Part shown: piece after piece, positions 35,765 to 46,479 of the stretch
Position numbering within the stretch: position 1 is the stretch's first letter
Layout of the letters: each line of letters starts with the position of its first letter
DNA from: Catajapyx aquilonaris
Lineage: Eukaryota
Reading direction: 5' to 3'
DNA: 46,479 nt
Assembly (NCBI GenBank): GCA_000934665.2
Contig: JYFJ02003090.1
Span: 1-46,479 of the forward strand
Program-made: the position numbers and the translations under genes
The notes under the pieces: generated by a model
What the model was told of the DNA's origin: nothing
The model's database searches: none
Seen by the model: the letters and a program-made list of their open reading frames with translations, nothing else

Positions 35765-36128
35765 GTCTTGACTAAGGCGTGGGGACGGACATTGATCACT
35801 TTTCACTGCGAGTGTAAACTGATCTAACCTAACCTAACCTAACCTAACCTAACCTAACCTAACCTAACCTAACCTACCCTAACCTACCGAACCCTACCTA
35901 ACCTACCCTACCCTAAGTAACCTAGGCTGAGAAAAATGGACTTTTGTGAAACCCTACAAATGAAAATAGTGGGGACATATGTCCCCACTAATTTACACAT
36001 GTCCCCACTGTAATGGTACACTTCGCGTGTGTGAGACTGTGGGGACCGACAAATGTCCCCACAATTGGAACTGGTCCCCACAGCTACAGTAAAACCACAG
36101 ACTTCCGTCCCCAGACCTTAGTCAAGAC
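35765..36128. mobile_element. MITE with 25-bp TIRs, internal (CCTAA)n array and GTGGGGAC/GTCCCCAC subrepeats
   Basis: GTCTTGACTAAGGCGTGGGGACGGA ... TCCGTCCCCAGACCTTAGTCAAGAC; CCTAA array at 35824-~35924. Confidence 0.75.
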
Positions 36129-36340
36129 CTGATCACTTTCAATGGCCATCATACCTGTAGGCCTACTGAATAATTAAAACGGCTTCAATTTATCATTTAC
36201 TCTCTCATTAATATTTCATTTTAAATACATTTGCATAACTTAAGAAGCAATAAATTACATTTTTCTCTCGTCTTAATAAGCTGCTTCGCTGGTATAAGTA
36301 TACCCGGTGTGGCCAAAACAATAATAATTTTTAAGGTCGA

Positions 36341-39300
36341 TTAGACCCGAATATCATATGTCACATCATGGTTTGGCTTTTCCTCATTTTTGGAGCATTT
36401 ACATTTTCTCTTTAGGGACGCGAAAAAACCTTCGGTCTTCTTTTCTTCCCTCTGTTGCCTGGCGAAAGAGAGAAACACTTGCTCCAAAGTAGTCTCGCTG
36501 ATCGAATAGTCTTCTACCATATCCACCTCATTCTTCAGGATTTCCATGGCTCGGAACAGGAAAGACAAAGACATCGTTGTACTAGTTACATGGTAATGCA
36601 GCAGTCCCTGGAAAGAATAATTATGAAATGCATACACTGCAGGCTGATATAAACGAGAGTGGTTGGGCTGTAGGGAGCATCTACAGGCGCGACCAGATCT
36701 GCACGGATATGAAATCCAGTGAATTAAATGACTCAGTTTGGCGGAGATGGCTATATAAGAATGGAAAAGAGTGAATGCTATTACGCGAATTTTATTACCT
36801 GATGTTCGTCTTTGAGAACACACGGTGTCAGTGTGGACTCCAATTTCCTTTTCAGAGCAGACACTTCACCTTCCTGATTGGCTACTTCGCTACCTAGTTT
36901 CAACTTTACCACAACTGTGAATCCTTTGCCAAACTTTGACTTGATGTGCTGAGTTCCTCCCAAGCACTGGAACTGGCCGTTCACCATTATGGCCAGCCGG
37001 GAGCACAGGGCCTCGCATTCCTCCATGCTAGAACAGGTGATGGTACAGGATTGAGGACCTATAGCGTAGGAGGTGGCTAAACCTTTACAGCACAGTACCT
37101 GTGCGAGGTGAGTATGACGGCCTGTCCAGTGGACTTGATCTGGGCCAAGACCTGCCAGAGTTTCCTCCTGGCCGAGGGGTCAACCCCGCTGGTGGGCTCG
37201 TCCAAGAAGACCACTTTTGGGTCTCCGATGAGGGCAATGGCGGTGCTCAGCTTCCTCTTGTTCCCACCGGAGTAGGTCCCGCAAGGCCTGGACCTGTGCT
37301 CTTCCAAGCCCAGGTTCCTCACCCACCTGCCCACCTCCTGGACACGGTCATCCCCACCACGTATCCCCCTCAGCGAGGCGTACAGCTCCAGCATCTCTTC
37401 TCCAGTCAGGACGTCGATTATGGCGTCGAATTGGGGGCAGTAACCGATGTCCGACAAGTACTGACAGGACAATTATACGTCAGCTTCGATTTACTAAGAG
37501 TCAAGTAAGTAGTAATAATTGGCTTACTGCTCTTCTGGCATCCGTCACATTCTTCCCCAAGAGATAGGCAGTGCCACTGCTGGGTATCTCGTCTCCGGTC
37601 AGCATCCTGAACGTCGTGGTCTTTCCAGCTCCGTTCACTCCCAACAGTCCGAAACACTCGCTGTGCTCGATTGCGAAACTTACGTTCCTCACTGCTGTGA
37701 AGTTTCCAAAATTTTTGGACAAATCCTGCACTACAAATGTGCTTGTACCCAGTGCTGCAAAATACAACTCATTGATGTTAGATGAATTGCACAAGGTTTT
37801 GTATTAATTAAGATGATCTTTTGAATACTTCCGAAGAGCAAATAACGTGTTTAAACAAAATCATTATTTAGGCTCATTTTTACAATACACGAGACTAATT
37901 TGGGTAATCTGTCAATAGCTACTGTAATTCCAAATTAATGCCACTGGCAAAAAATATATTTTTACATACCTAAGTCTTTAATCCTGTTGTTTTCATGTTG
38001 AACATCTTCATCCAGAGATGATTCTTCCGTTGTAATCTGTCGAGAAATAATCCTATTCCAGACGCGCTTCAGAATTCCACTCTCCAGGAGAAAAATTAAT
38101 CCCAAATATATGCATCCATCCAACATCATGAAAAATATCGCCCTTCCCACTCCGTAGCTGATTTTTCCCGTTACAAAGGAAAGATTGGAAGTGTCCATAT
38201 CCCAAGTAATGTAGTTGATAGGGTTATGACAAATTCCGTCCGTTGAGCATACACCTGCAGGAAATAAAATGTGAAGAAAATATATCTTCACTGAAATGTC
38301 ATGTACATACCGCAACATGCCAAGAAAGTTTCGGCCTCCTTGGTGGAATTGTATAATTGTTGATTGGAGCATACCGCTTTTATGATATCCGTGGCAGCAT
38401 AGCTACAGTTATTGGCTGTAGTAGCGGCAAACGAGAATTGAAGTAATCCATAACAGGCTGGAAATGCTGGAAAAAACTGCAAAATCCACTCAAGTGCAAC
38501 TGCCAAATGCTTCGGGGCAGCATTTCCTACAAGGTGTACAACCCATGCCGACATTGCTCCTCCTATACCTGTCAAAGTAAATAAAATAAATGAAGGTGTT
38601 ACTTTATCTTCAGACGAAACATGATTTTATAAGGATCATCATTTAATGTATAGCTTCTACAGTACTATATCTACGCAGCAGACTATGTTTGAACCATCAT
38701 CATCTGATTTTGTGCTCAGGTTAAAAGAAGCTGGCAAGAAACGAGGCTTAAAAATATTTCATACCTAGCATTACATGCAAGAATGTGATGAGAGCATATC
38801 CTCCAGCGACTGTTTTGGCGCGGAAACTTGCCAAGTATGACATTGTTGTTCCACCCCATCCAAATGCAAACAATAATAGAAACACGGCTCCTGCATAAGA
38901 AAAGACAGAAAATATTACCATGATATTTCTGAATTATTCCAGCTTTTCAAACCCATTAAATTGAAATACATTCTTTAGACGCACATAATTTTGTACTGTG
39001 TTAACAGTGAACAGTAAGACAAAAAGGTGACATACCCAGTCCATTTCCAGAAGTGAATATACCACGGTCGTCCACAGCAACAAAACAAATCAGTATGATG
39101 CAGACAGTTATGAGATATACGACCATATCCCACACAAGTGATGTCAACCAGTAAAGAATTGGCGAGACACCTGTCATTATCTGAAGCTGTTTAGAGTTCG
39201 ATGCCGTTTCTTGGATTGGAAACGTAATGAAAGTAGCAGACAGAATTGCCAAACCAAGGAACAAGAAGACGGCGAACATTATGCTGTAGGCAATAACAGC

Positions 39301-42300
39301 ACCTTCTCCTGAAGAATTTTCAAATACCATCTGCGAAAAATGACAACGAAACATTTATTATACATTCGTACTTGAAAAGCCAATAAGTTATGTAATACAT
39401 GCATTATGCATACATTACATGACTTGGTGAGCATGTTAGGGACTTTACATATTGATTTATGGTACATAAACACATTCATAATGCTCGAGACTAACAAACT
39501 AACCATGATATTTTCCGGGAATGGTTCGTTGATTGTCGTAATCGAATAATCTTCACCAACTACTTTCTTCAGTATGACATTGTCTACTAAATTGACAGAT
39601 ATTCCAATTCCGTGTATTGCAGATACTCCACTTATGGCAGTGATGGACTCGGTTTCGTCTTCAGTTCTGTTAAAGTCAGCCGCCACGATAAATTCTTTCT
39701 GGTAACGGTCATAATCTTTATTTGCGACCTTAAGGAATTCTGCGGTTAAATTCTGGCCAGTCTTGTTCTGGCCTAATCTTCCGACCATTTTCTCATATAA
39801 ATGCGAATATCCAGCTTCTTCTTTATTATCTGAACTGAAAAATATTGGGCCCATGTCTCTGTAGGCGTCCAGATTCAAAGCCAATGCCGGAAGTTTATCC
39901 GGCATAAAAGACCCCGATGGTCTCGTGCTCGTGTATAAGCACACCAGAGTGAGCAGAATTGGTAGGATTGCCTGAAGCATGGAGTGAAGCTCAGTTGACA
40001 AATAATTGCTTTATCATGCCACATAGTATATTATATATGTTAATGTAGTAGACATACCTGTAAAATTAACACCTTCCATTTTCTCAGTGAGTGCAGCATG
40101 AGTTTCCGGAATAGAGCGATGGTTTGTTGAACCAACAGGTTAAAGCCATGAGATTTACTCGGACCTGTAAGACCTGATGACAAAACACCTTTATTAGAGT
40201 TTTTATCCAGCACTACCTTGGCATACATTGCGGTGATTTCCGCTGACCAATCATGTACTCCGGTGTACACTATATTTATGCACGATCGGATGATCGGTAG
40301 TTATGTGCAACTTATGGACTTACCCAATGAACTGTTACTGTGTTCTGTTTCCAAGAGAGACCCATAAGAGTCGTGTTCGTCCAAAACTCCATTCATCACT
40401 TTATCTGCTATTTCTCCAACTCTGCAAAATGATCAAGTACATCAAAGCTATAGGAACGGTCAAACTGGCCATAGAAAGAATTATACTTTTGCGACTGTGA
40501 CATCACTTACTTTACGAACACTTCGTCCATGGTGGTAAGTGACACTCCGAATGCCGCTATTCTTAGGTTATTTTTATTGGCTTCCAGTGTTTCAAACAGG
40601 GATGGAAAGTCTGAGGTTTTGTCAGTCGGAAGCATGTAAGACACTTCTGATCCCATGACTGCTTTCAAGTGAGATTCGGGAATAATCGCCTGCACAGCTC
40701 CTGTCACTTTCTTCACGTCGCAGTTAGATTGTGTGGTCATCTTCAGTAAATACCCAGTACCTGTAACACAGAAAATACTTGTCTCGTGTACTTTGTACCT
40801 GTGCAGCTGCGATTCTTCGGTGATTTTCTAACCGTAATGCTTCTTGAGAAAGAGTGGGCTTCCGTAACACTGGACCTTTCCATGAGCCATGATGGCGATT
40901 CTGTCTCCCAAAACGTCGGCCTCTTCCATGAAATGCGTGGTTATGACGATCGTTTGTTTTCCTCTCAAATTCTGCAAATCATATTGGAAGTGTTGAGGTC
41001 AATAGAAAGGTGTTGCCAAAGTGAACTTACCAGAAGCATGTCCCAAACACCTCGTCTACCTTCCGGATCCATACCAGAAGTTGGCTCATCAAGCATCACC
41101 ACCTGTCCAGATTTTTTAATAAGTTGTATTAAATAATTTTAGAGCATTACAAAAACAACAATTATTATGTAATACCTTGGAGTCCCCTATCAAAGCGATG
41201 GCCAGGGACAACTTTCTTTTCTGTCCGCCCGACAATGTCGAAGAGAGATTATCACTCTTGTCGGTTATTCCCAACTTTTCAATCAATTCCTTTCCTTCTC
41301 TTATGGCCTCTGATCGTTGCAAGCCCTTTAGCTGAACCATAAAAAGTAGTTAGAACTGCCACAAATATTTATCACTAGTATCTCAAAATATTTTTTCATT
41401 TCACAAAACATTCAATAATTATTCAGAACATATAAATCGTACCATTCCAAACACTTGCAAGTGCTGCATGACCGTCAGTTCATTAAAGAGCATGTTGTGC
41501 TGAGGACACAGGCTCAAATACCTTTGCACTTTTTGCATGTTGGTGCGAATGTCGTAACCACTGATCTCTGCTGTTCCGCTTGTTGGCGAGTATAGTCCTG
41601 CGAAACAGCATAATTTTGTTGTCAGTTGTCGTGATGGGTTCATTGCTCCTTAAAACTTCTCCCAGTCCACCCTTTTTATGTCTTTTTCATATAGAGATTA
41701 AGTTTATAAAAATACCGGTGAGTATGGACATGAGCGTTGTCTTCCCAGCTCCGTTGTGTCCTAGCAAGGCAGTGATCTGACCCTCGTAAATGTTGAGACT
41801 GACCCCGTCCACTGCCGTCTTGGACTGTCCGGTCAGAGGAGTGAACACCTTGTGGATGTCCCGAATGGATATTCCCACTGGCAAGTCGGACGGCTCCCTT
41901 TCGAAACTACTCTCATCATTCTGGCTCTCGGAAGAAGTGTCAACTGCTACTCTCTTCATTTTTTGTCTCTTTGGACACCAGTATGTTGGCTGGGGGATTA
42001 AATGAACGAGTAATTTTGAAGCATCATTCATGCTTGCGTTTTGCTTACCAGAAATATGAAGTACCAGGGTTGGGCCACACCGTAATCACCAGGCATGACG
42101 GAGGAAACATACCATGTTATGACAAGGTACAAAACAATATCTATAAATAGCATGAGGAATACTAGCGATACGCTAAGTCCATCCACTTCCGAGCTTGGTG
42201 TGTCAATGTTATACCAGCTCAAAGGAAGCTCTGAAAAAGCCAAGTTGTCACTCATAGTGCTCGTATTAGGAACTGTGCGCCATTTTACTCACCCTTTCCG

Positions 42301-44148
42301 GCATATATTGACATTTCGTGCATTCCAAGTGCAAGAGCACCGTTAGGGAGAAGCGACAAAGCCAGTTTGATAGACAACGACATGTCATTATATGCCGCCT
42401 GGCTGTACGTCCAAGGACCAAAGAATGTCACCAACCACAAGATGAATCCTACTGCAGTCGCAAGGGTTGCTGTGGATTTAATACGGTCCTTGCTCGTTGA
42501 GGGTCCAAATATCAAGTTAGTAACACAACTTACGTTTTTTCATAATAGCACCCATACAGAAGCAGAAGGCAACCGAAGCTATACCATACATCATGAGGAA
42601 GACCCAAAACATGGACGGATCAGTCATCCTGAGGGCTCCACCAGGACTCTTTCCGTTGTAGTCAATTGACAATAGGATGACCGTCAGTGTTATGGAAAAT
42701 GTCAAGACCATCATGGCGTTGATCATCCAGCTAAACCAGCTCATAAATTCGGACATCCCCATCATTTTCATCAATTCCTGCAAGGAATGGTGTAATATTA
42801 GGAGACATGAAGTGTGACTGCTGCCCACCATAGCAGCTATACTATTACCTTGATTCCAGTTTCCTTTTCATTGACGACTCCTTTAATTATGGTTGGACAT
42901 AAGAATATGTAGCTCAAACATAACACCATTGGAATGGCAATTTGCATTCTATACTGAGCACCAAAATTCTGGGTGTAAGCCGGAGTAGGCATAGACTGGG
43001 CATTTATCTGCAAAAGTAGAAGGCAGACATGAAGACATGATCCAGTGTAAATTCTTCTCAACAAACCTACTTTTGGTAGCGACTGTTGGGGGCAGTTGCC
43101 GGAGCACAAAGTTTGCGTAATTCCTTTGTCGACTGCTATCTGAATTCCAGAGAATTTTCTATACAAGTAGTCCGTTTGTGGGGAACCTTGGAATATGTGA
43201 ACAAAGCTTGTAAAAATATTGATGTAGGCAATATTCTATAATGAACCTTGTGATAACGTTGCTGGGATTACATAAAGTATAACTTACCACCCCAGTTGTA
43301 ATATAATTCGTCTGTCCTCATCTCGAAATCTGGATACAACATGATCCGGTAAGTCACCCTCTTCTCAAACTTGGCTTCTTCAGGAAAAGGATGATCAAAC
43401 ACCACTCCTATCATGTTAGTATAGTACCCGGATCCAGAGTAGTTCATGTACATGGCTAATATATCATCCGTTGTATTCACCCCGATGAAGTCTGTAGATT
43501 TTAATAGCATTACTATCACAAGTATAGTATTAAAATGTATTTTTATCTTCCAGTAAAGGCACAGTATGCCTACAACATTAATCGTTGATTTTAAACGCCT
43601 TGTAGGCGGCCTACTGTTTGAAAATATCAAATTGTTAATAATAATAATAAAGAATACCCCAAGTGAAGGACGAAGATGGTGACACACAATCAAGGAGAAA
43701 AGAAACTATTATAATATTGTCGCCATACAAGAAAAATCCAGCGTGTCATAAAAATTAGTTGTGAGATAATAATCTGAATCAAAGATGATTCTGTCCTCTT
43801 ATTTGATTAGACGGAAAATATTGGCTTCCTGGTTCATTATGACTAAAACGACTTGGCTAGGCAAAACAGCTTCTAAAATGGTACTTATACAGTTACTGGG
43901 GTGTAAATAACTCAAACCCGCCAAAATTGGACACAGTGGATTTCTCTAGTATGACCACGCTATGCGAGGTGCTGCCCACAAAGCTTTAATATAATAATTA
44001 GTAGCTGAAGAGTATACACAAGTGTTTTTGTCTTACCAACAGGTGATGCTGCCGAACTATTTGCCAAATTTTCCACTGACTGCATTACACTATCTGTGAA
44101 CGTGTTTTGCGGGGCGTAAGCTATCTTGAAATCCTCTCTGCAAGGAAA

Positions 44149-44230
<82 letters not shown>

Positions 44231-44482
44231 CGTTGTGGGTGACATACTGTGCTCATACCTGTAATACTGAGGAAATGCATATCCCAAAATATCCCGTTCT
44301 TCGACCATACGATGCACCATCGCTGGGGTGTGATCGACGTAGTTGTATCCGCTTAATAACTGAATAAGTAAAGATAGCAGCGGAGCAAGCAAGAGTTCGA
44401 AGGCTGTCACTATGTAGTGTCTTCTTCTCAATATCAGATTCTTCCACATTAGCAGGAGAAAGTGATGCACGCACAGCATCAT
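36341..44482 (-). CDS. ABCA-subfamily (ABCA3-like) full ABC transporter, multi-exon, apparently intact
   Basis: N-terminal [17 protein letters not shown]1 with EKETGIK|ELMKMMG; NBD1 GHNGAGKTT (~41750), [21 protein letters not shown]2 with [15 protein letters not shown]2 [32 protein letters not shown]-terminal [18 protein letters not shown]. The junctions checked by hand are phase-consistent. Confidence 0.92.
44148..44230. repeat. (AAT)n microsatellite in ABCA intron 1
   Basis: Seen directly; it is the source of the poly-I and poly-L artefact ORFs. Confidence 0.95.
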
Positions 44483-45743
44483 GGTCACTCACTGTCAGTC
44501 GAGATGCAGAGAACCACCACTACACACAACACGCACAAACCTTTGGTTGCCTTTGGTGCAACTATACTATCCAGTCCGTATCAAAATTCAAATGGCAAGT
44601 GACGCTGCTGTAACATGCCCCATCACGAGTCCAAACTAACGCAAGCTTGAAAGCATGACGCGGATCGATGATTGTCACTCGGGTAATGCAACACTTGAGA
44701 ATGTGATATCTGCTATCATGTGTATGCCAGTTTGCTGTATGCTCTGCTCTAGATCTTTATCCTGCAGATGTTTGGATAGCCTTAACATATGGTAGCATTT
44801 TTCCTGCCCGCAAATTTTACCGCGACTGTGACTTCCATTGGTCGTGATGTAGCCAGTATGAAGATTATTATTATTATGTAGCCAGAATGATACAATAATT
44901 TATCATATAGGAATCTTCAGGCCGTATTTTTCTACTTTCACGTACTGGCTAATCTGGCCCATGCAGCTGTTTTTGTGCAAAATTTAGAAAATTAATGGCG
45001 ACATACTGCAAAGTTTTGCTAAATTCATGTCTTTATGATAACATATAGGATTCTCTTGTCTAATCAAAGTAAGAAGCGTAAATATAACTAGGAGGAGGAG
45101 ACGTGACGCAAATCTAGTATCCACAGACCTGATAATGTGTAGTGAAGGCAACACTACTGACATAGAGTCCGTGCTTATATCATATCCTGTTTCCGGAGAC
45201 ATTCATCATCTCAGAGAGCATGACATTGCCACGGGCAAAATATGTATGGTTCACATTCTGTCACATTGGGATTCAATGGGAAGAAGAGGAGCAAACCAAG
45301 GCCAGATCTATATTATTTTTACATGTAGCGAAAAGCAATCAAGGTCACGTGCTTATGAGTGCAATGTCATGGCTCCTCTTGCACACATAGCACCCAAATT
45401 AATAGAATTAGAGATAGGTCAACAACATTAAATCAATCAACAATTTCATAAACCCGTCAGACAAATACAAGATAATGTAGCATAGAACCTGTTGGAAATT
45501 TGCTGCTTAAAAAACTTATACATGAAAAGTCATTAATTTAAGAAAATCTAATATTTCGATGCTGGTATACTGTATTTTAATAATTTACATCGGTAATAAG
45601 TTACATAATTTCCTTTACAGTCGTGTGGCTCTCAGGCCAAGTATACCCTTGTGCTCGGTGTGACACAACTAAGGATTACAGGTATGTTCCAGAAAGATAA
45701 CGTACAATATATTATCATCAGTGATTTGGCCTTTTTTCCATTT

Positions 45744-46479
45744 TCAACAGTTACATTTTCTCTTCAGAGACCCAAAAAAACTTTCAGTCTTGTTTTCTTC
45801 CCTCTGTTGTCTAGCGAAAGATAGAAACACTTGCTCTAAAGTAGTTTCGCTGATTGAATAGTCTTCCACCATATCCACTTCATTTTTCAGGCTTTCCATA
45901 GTTTGAAAGAGGAAAGACCAAGGCAGCGTTGTACTAGTCACGTGATAATGCAGCAGTCCCTGAAATGATAATAATGAAATCCATACACTTCAGTGGGAAA
46001 AACGTGAATGTCACAATCGAGATGACATATAAATGAAGATAAAATCCCTAGACATGAACGCTATTGACGCAAGTGAACAGATTTCAACAAGTGGAACGAT
46101 TCGACTTCAGTGGAATATCCTATGACTTATCGCAATTTACTTGTGCATGCTCATATGAAATGGACTATATCAACAAATCTAACTGAAAGATTAATTTTGC
46201 AAACTCCGCATGCCTATTTCGAGTATTTAGCATGCTCTGTTTACCATATTACGGAAGAAATAATGCTAACGTCATGCTTCTGTTACCTGATGTTCATCCT
46301 TCAAGACACACTGTTCCAAAGTGGACTCCACTCTACTTTTCAGAGCCGACACTTCACCCTCCTGATTGGCAACCTCGCTGCCTTGCTTCAGTTTCAACAC
46401 GACTGTGAATCCTTTGCCAAACTTTGACTTGATGTGCTGAGGTCCTCCCAAGCACTGGAACTGACCGTTCACCATTATG
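45744..46479 (-). CDS. 3' end (last two exons) of a second, tandem ABCA paralogue continuing beyond the window
   Basis: [22 protein letters not shown]...DEHQ (55/63 aa identical to the neighbour by hand count) and last exon [45 protein letters not shown]; same intron position. Confidence 0.9.

Noticed and set aside
35824..35924. Chromosome end or fusion scar
   Set aside because: The array is short, in one orientation, and enclosed by MITE TIRs.
43960..44488. Poly-Leu and poly-Ile ORFs
   Set aside because: Read-through of an intronic (AAT)n microsatellite.

Overview
Eukaryotic genomic DNA from an invertebrate, probably an arthropod: many ~55-70 nt GT-AG introns, a Stall-type ADAMTS and TTAGG repeats. 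The ORF track shows only exon fragments, so gene models were spliced by hand. Left to right: (1) a 10-exon CENP-C-like gene (- strand) with a clear C-terminal cupin, several AT-hook-like motifs and no recognisable CENP-C (CENP-A-binding) motif; (2) head-to-head with it, augmin subunit HAUS3/Dgt3 (+); (3) a stall-like ADAMTS metalloprotease (-) ending in a GPI-signal-like hydrophobic tail; (4) a ~2 kb stack of nested small transposons: a SINE inside a pogo-like MITE, and a MULE-type foldback plus an IR-bounded mariner fragment inside a mariner-type foldback; (5) two adjacent intron-bearing pseudogenes, PSMA5-like and LHFPL/Tmhs-like; (6) a (CCTAA)n-containing MITE next to a (CA)n tract; (7) a full ABCA-family transporter gene and the 3' end of a tandem paralogue (-). 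The motif-less, AT-hook-bearing CENP-C is the most interesting lead. All family assignments come from recalled sequence motifs; no database search was run.
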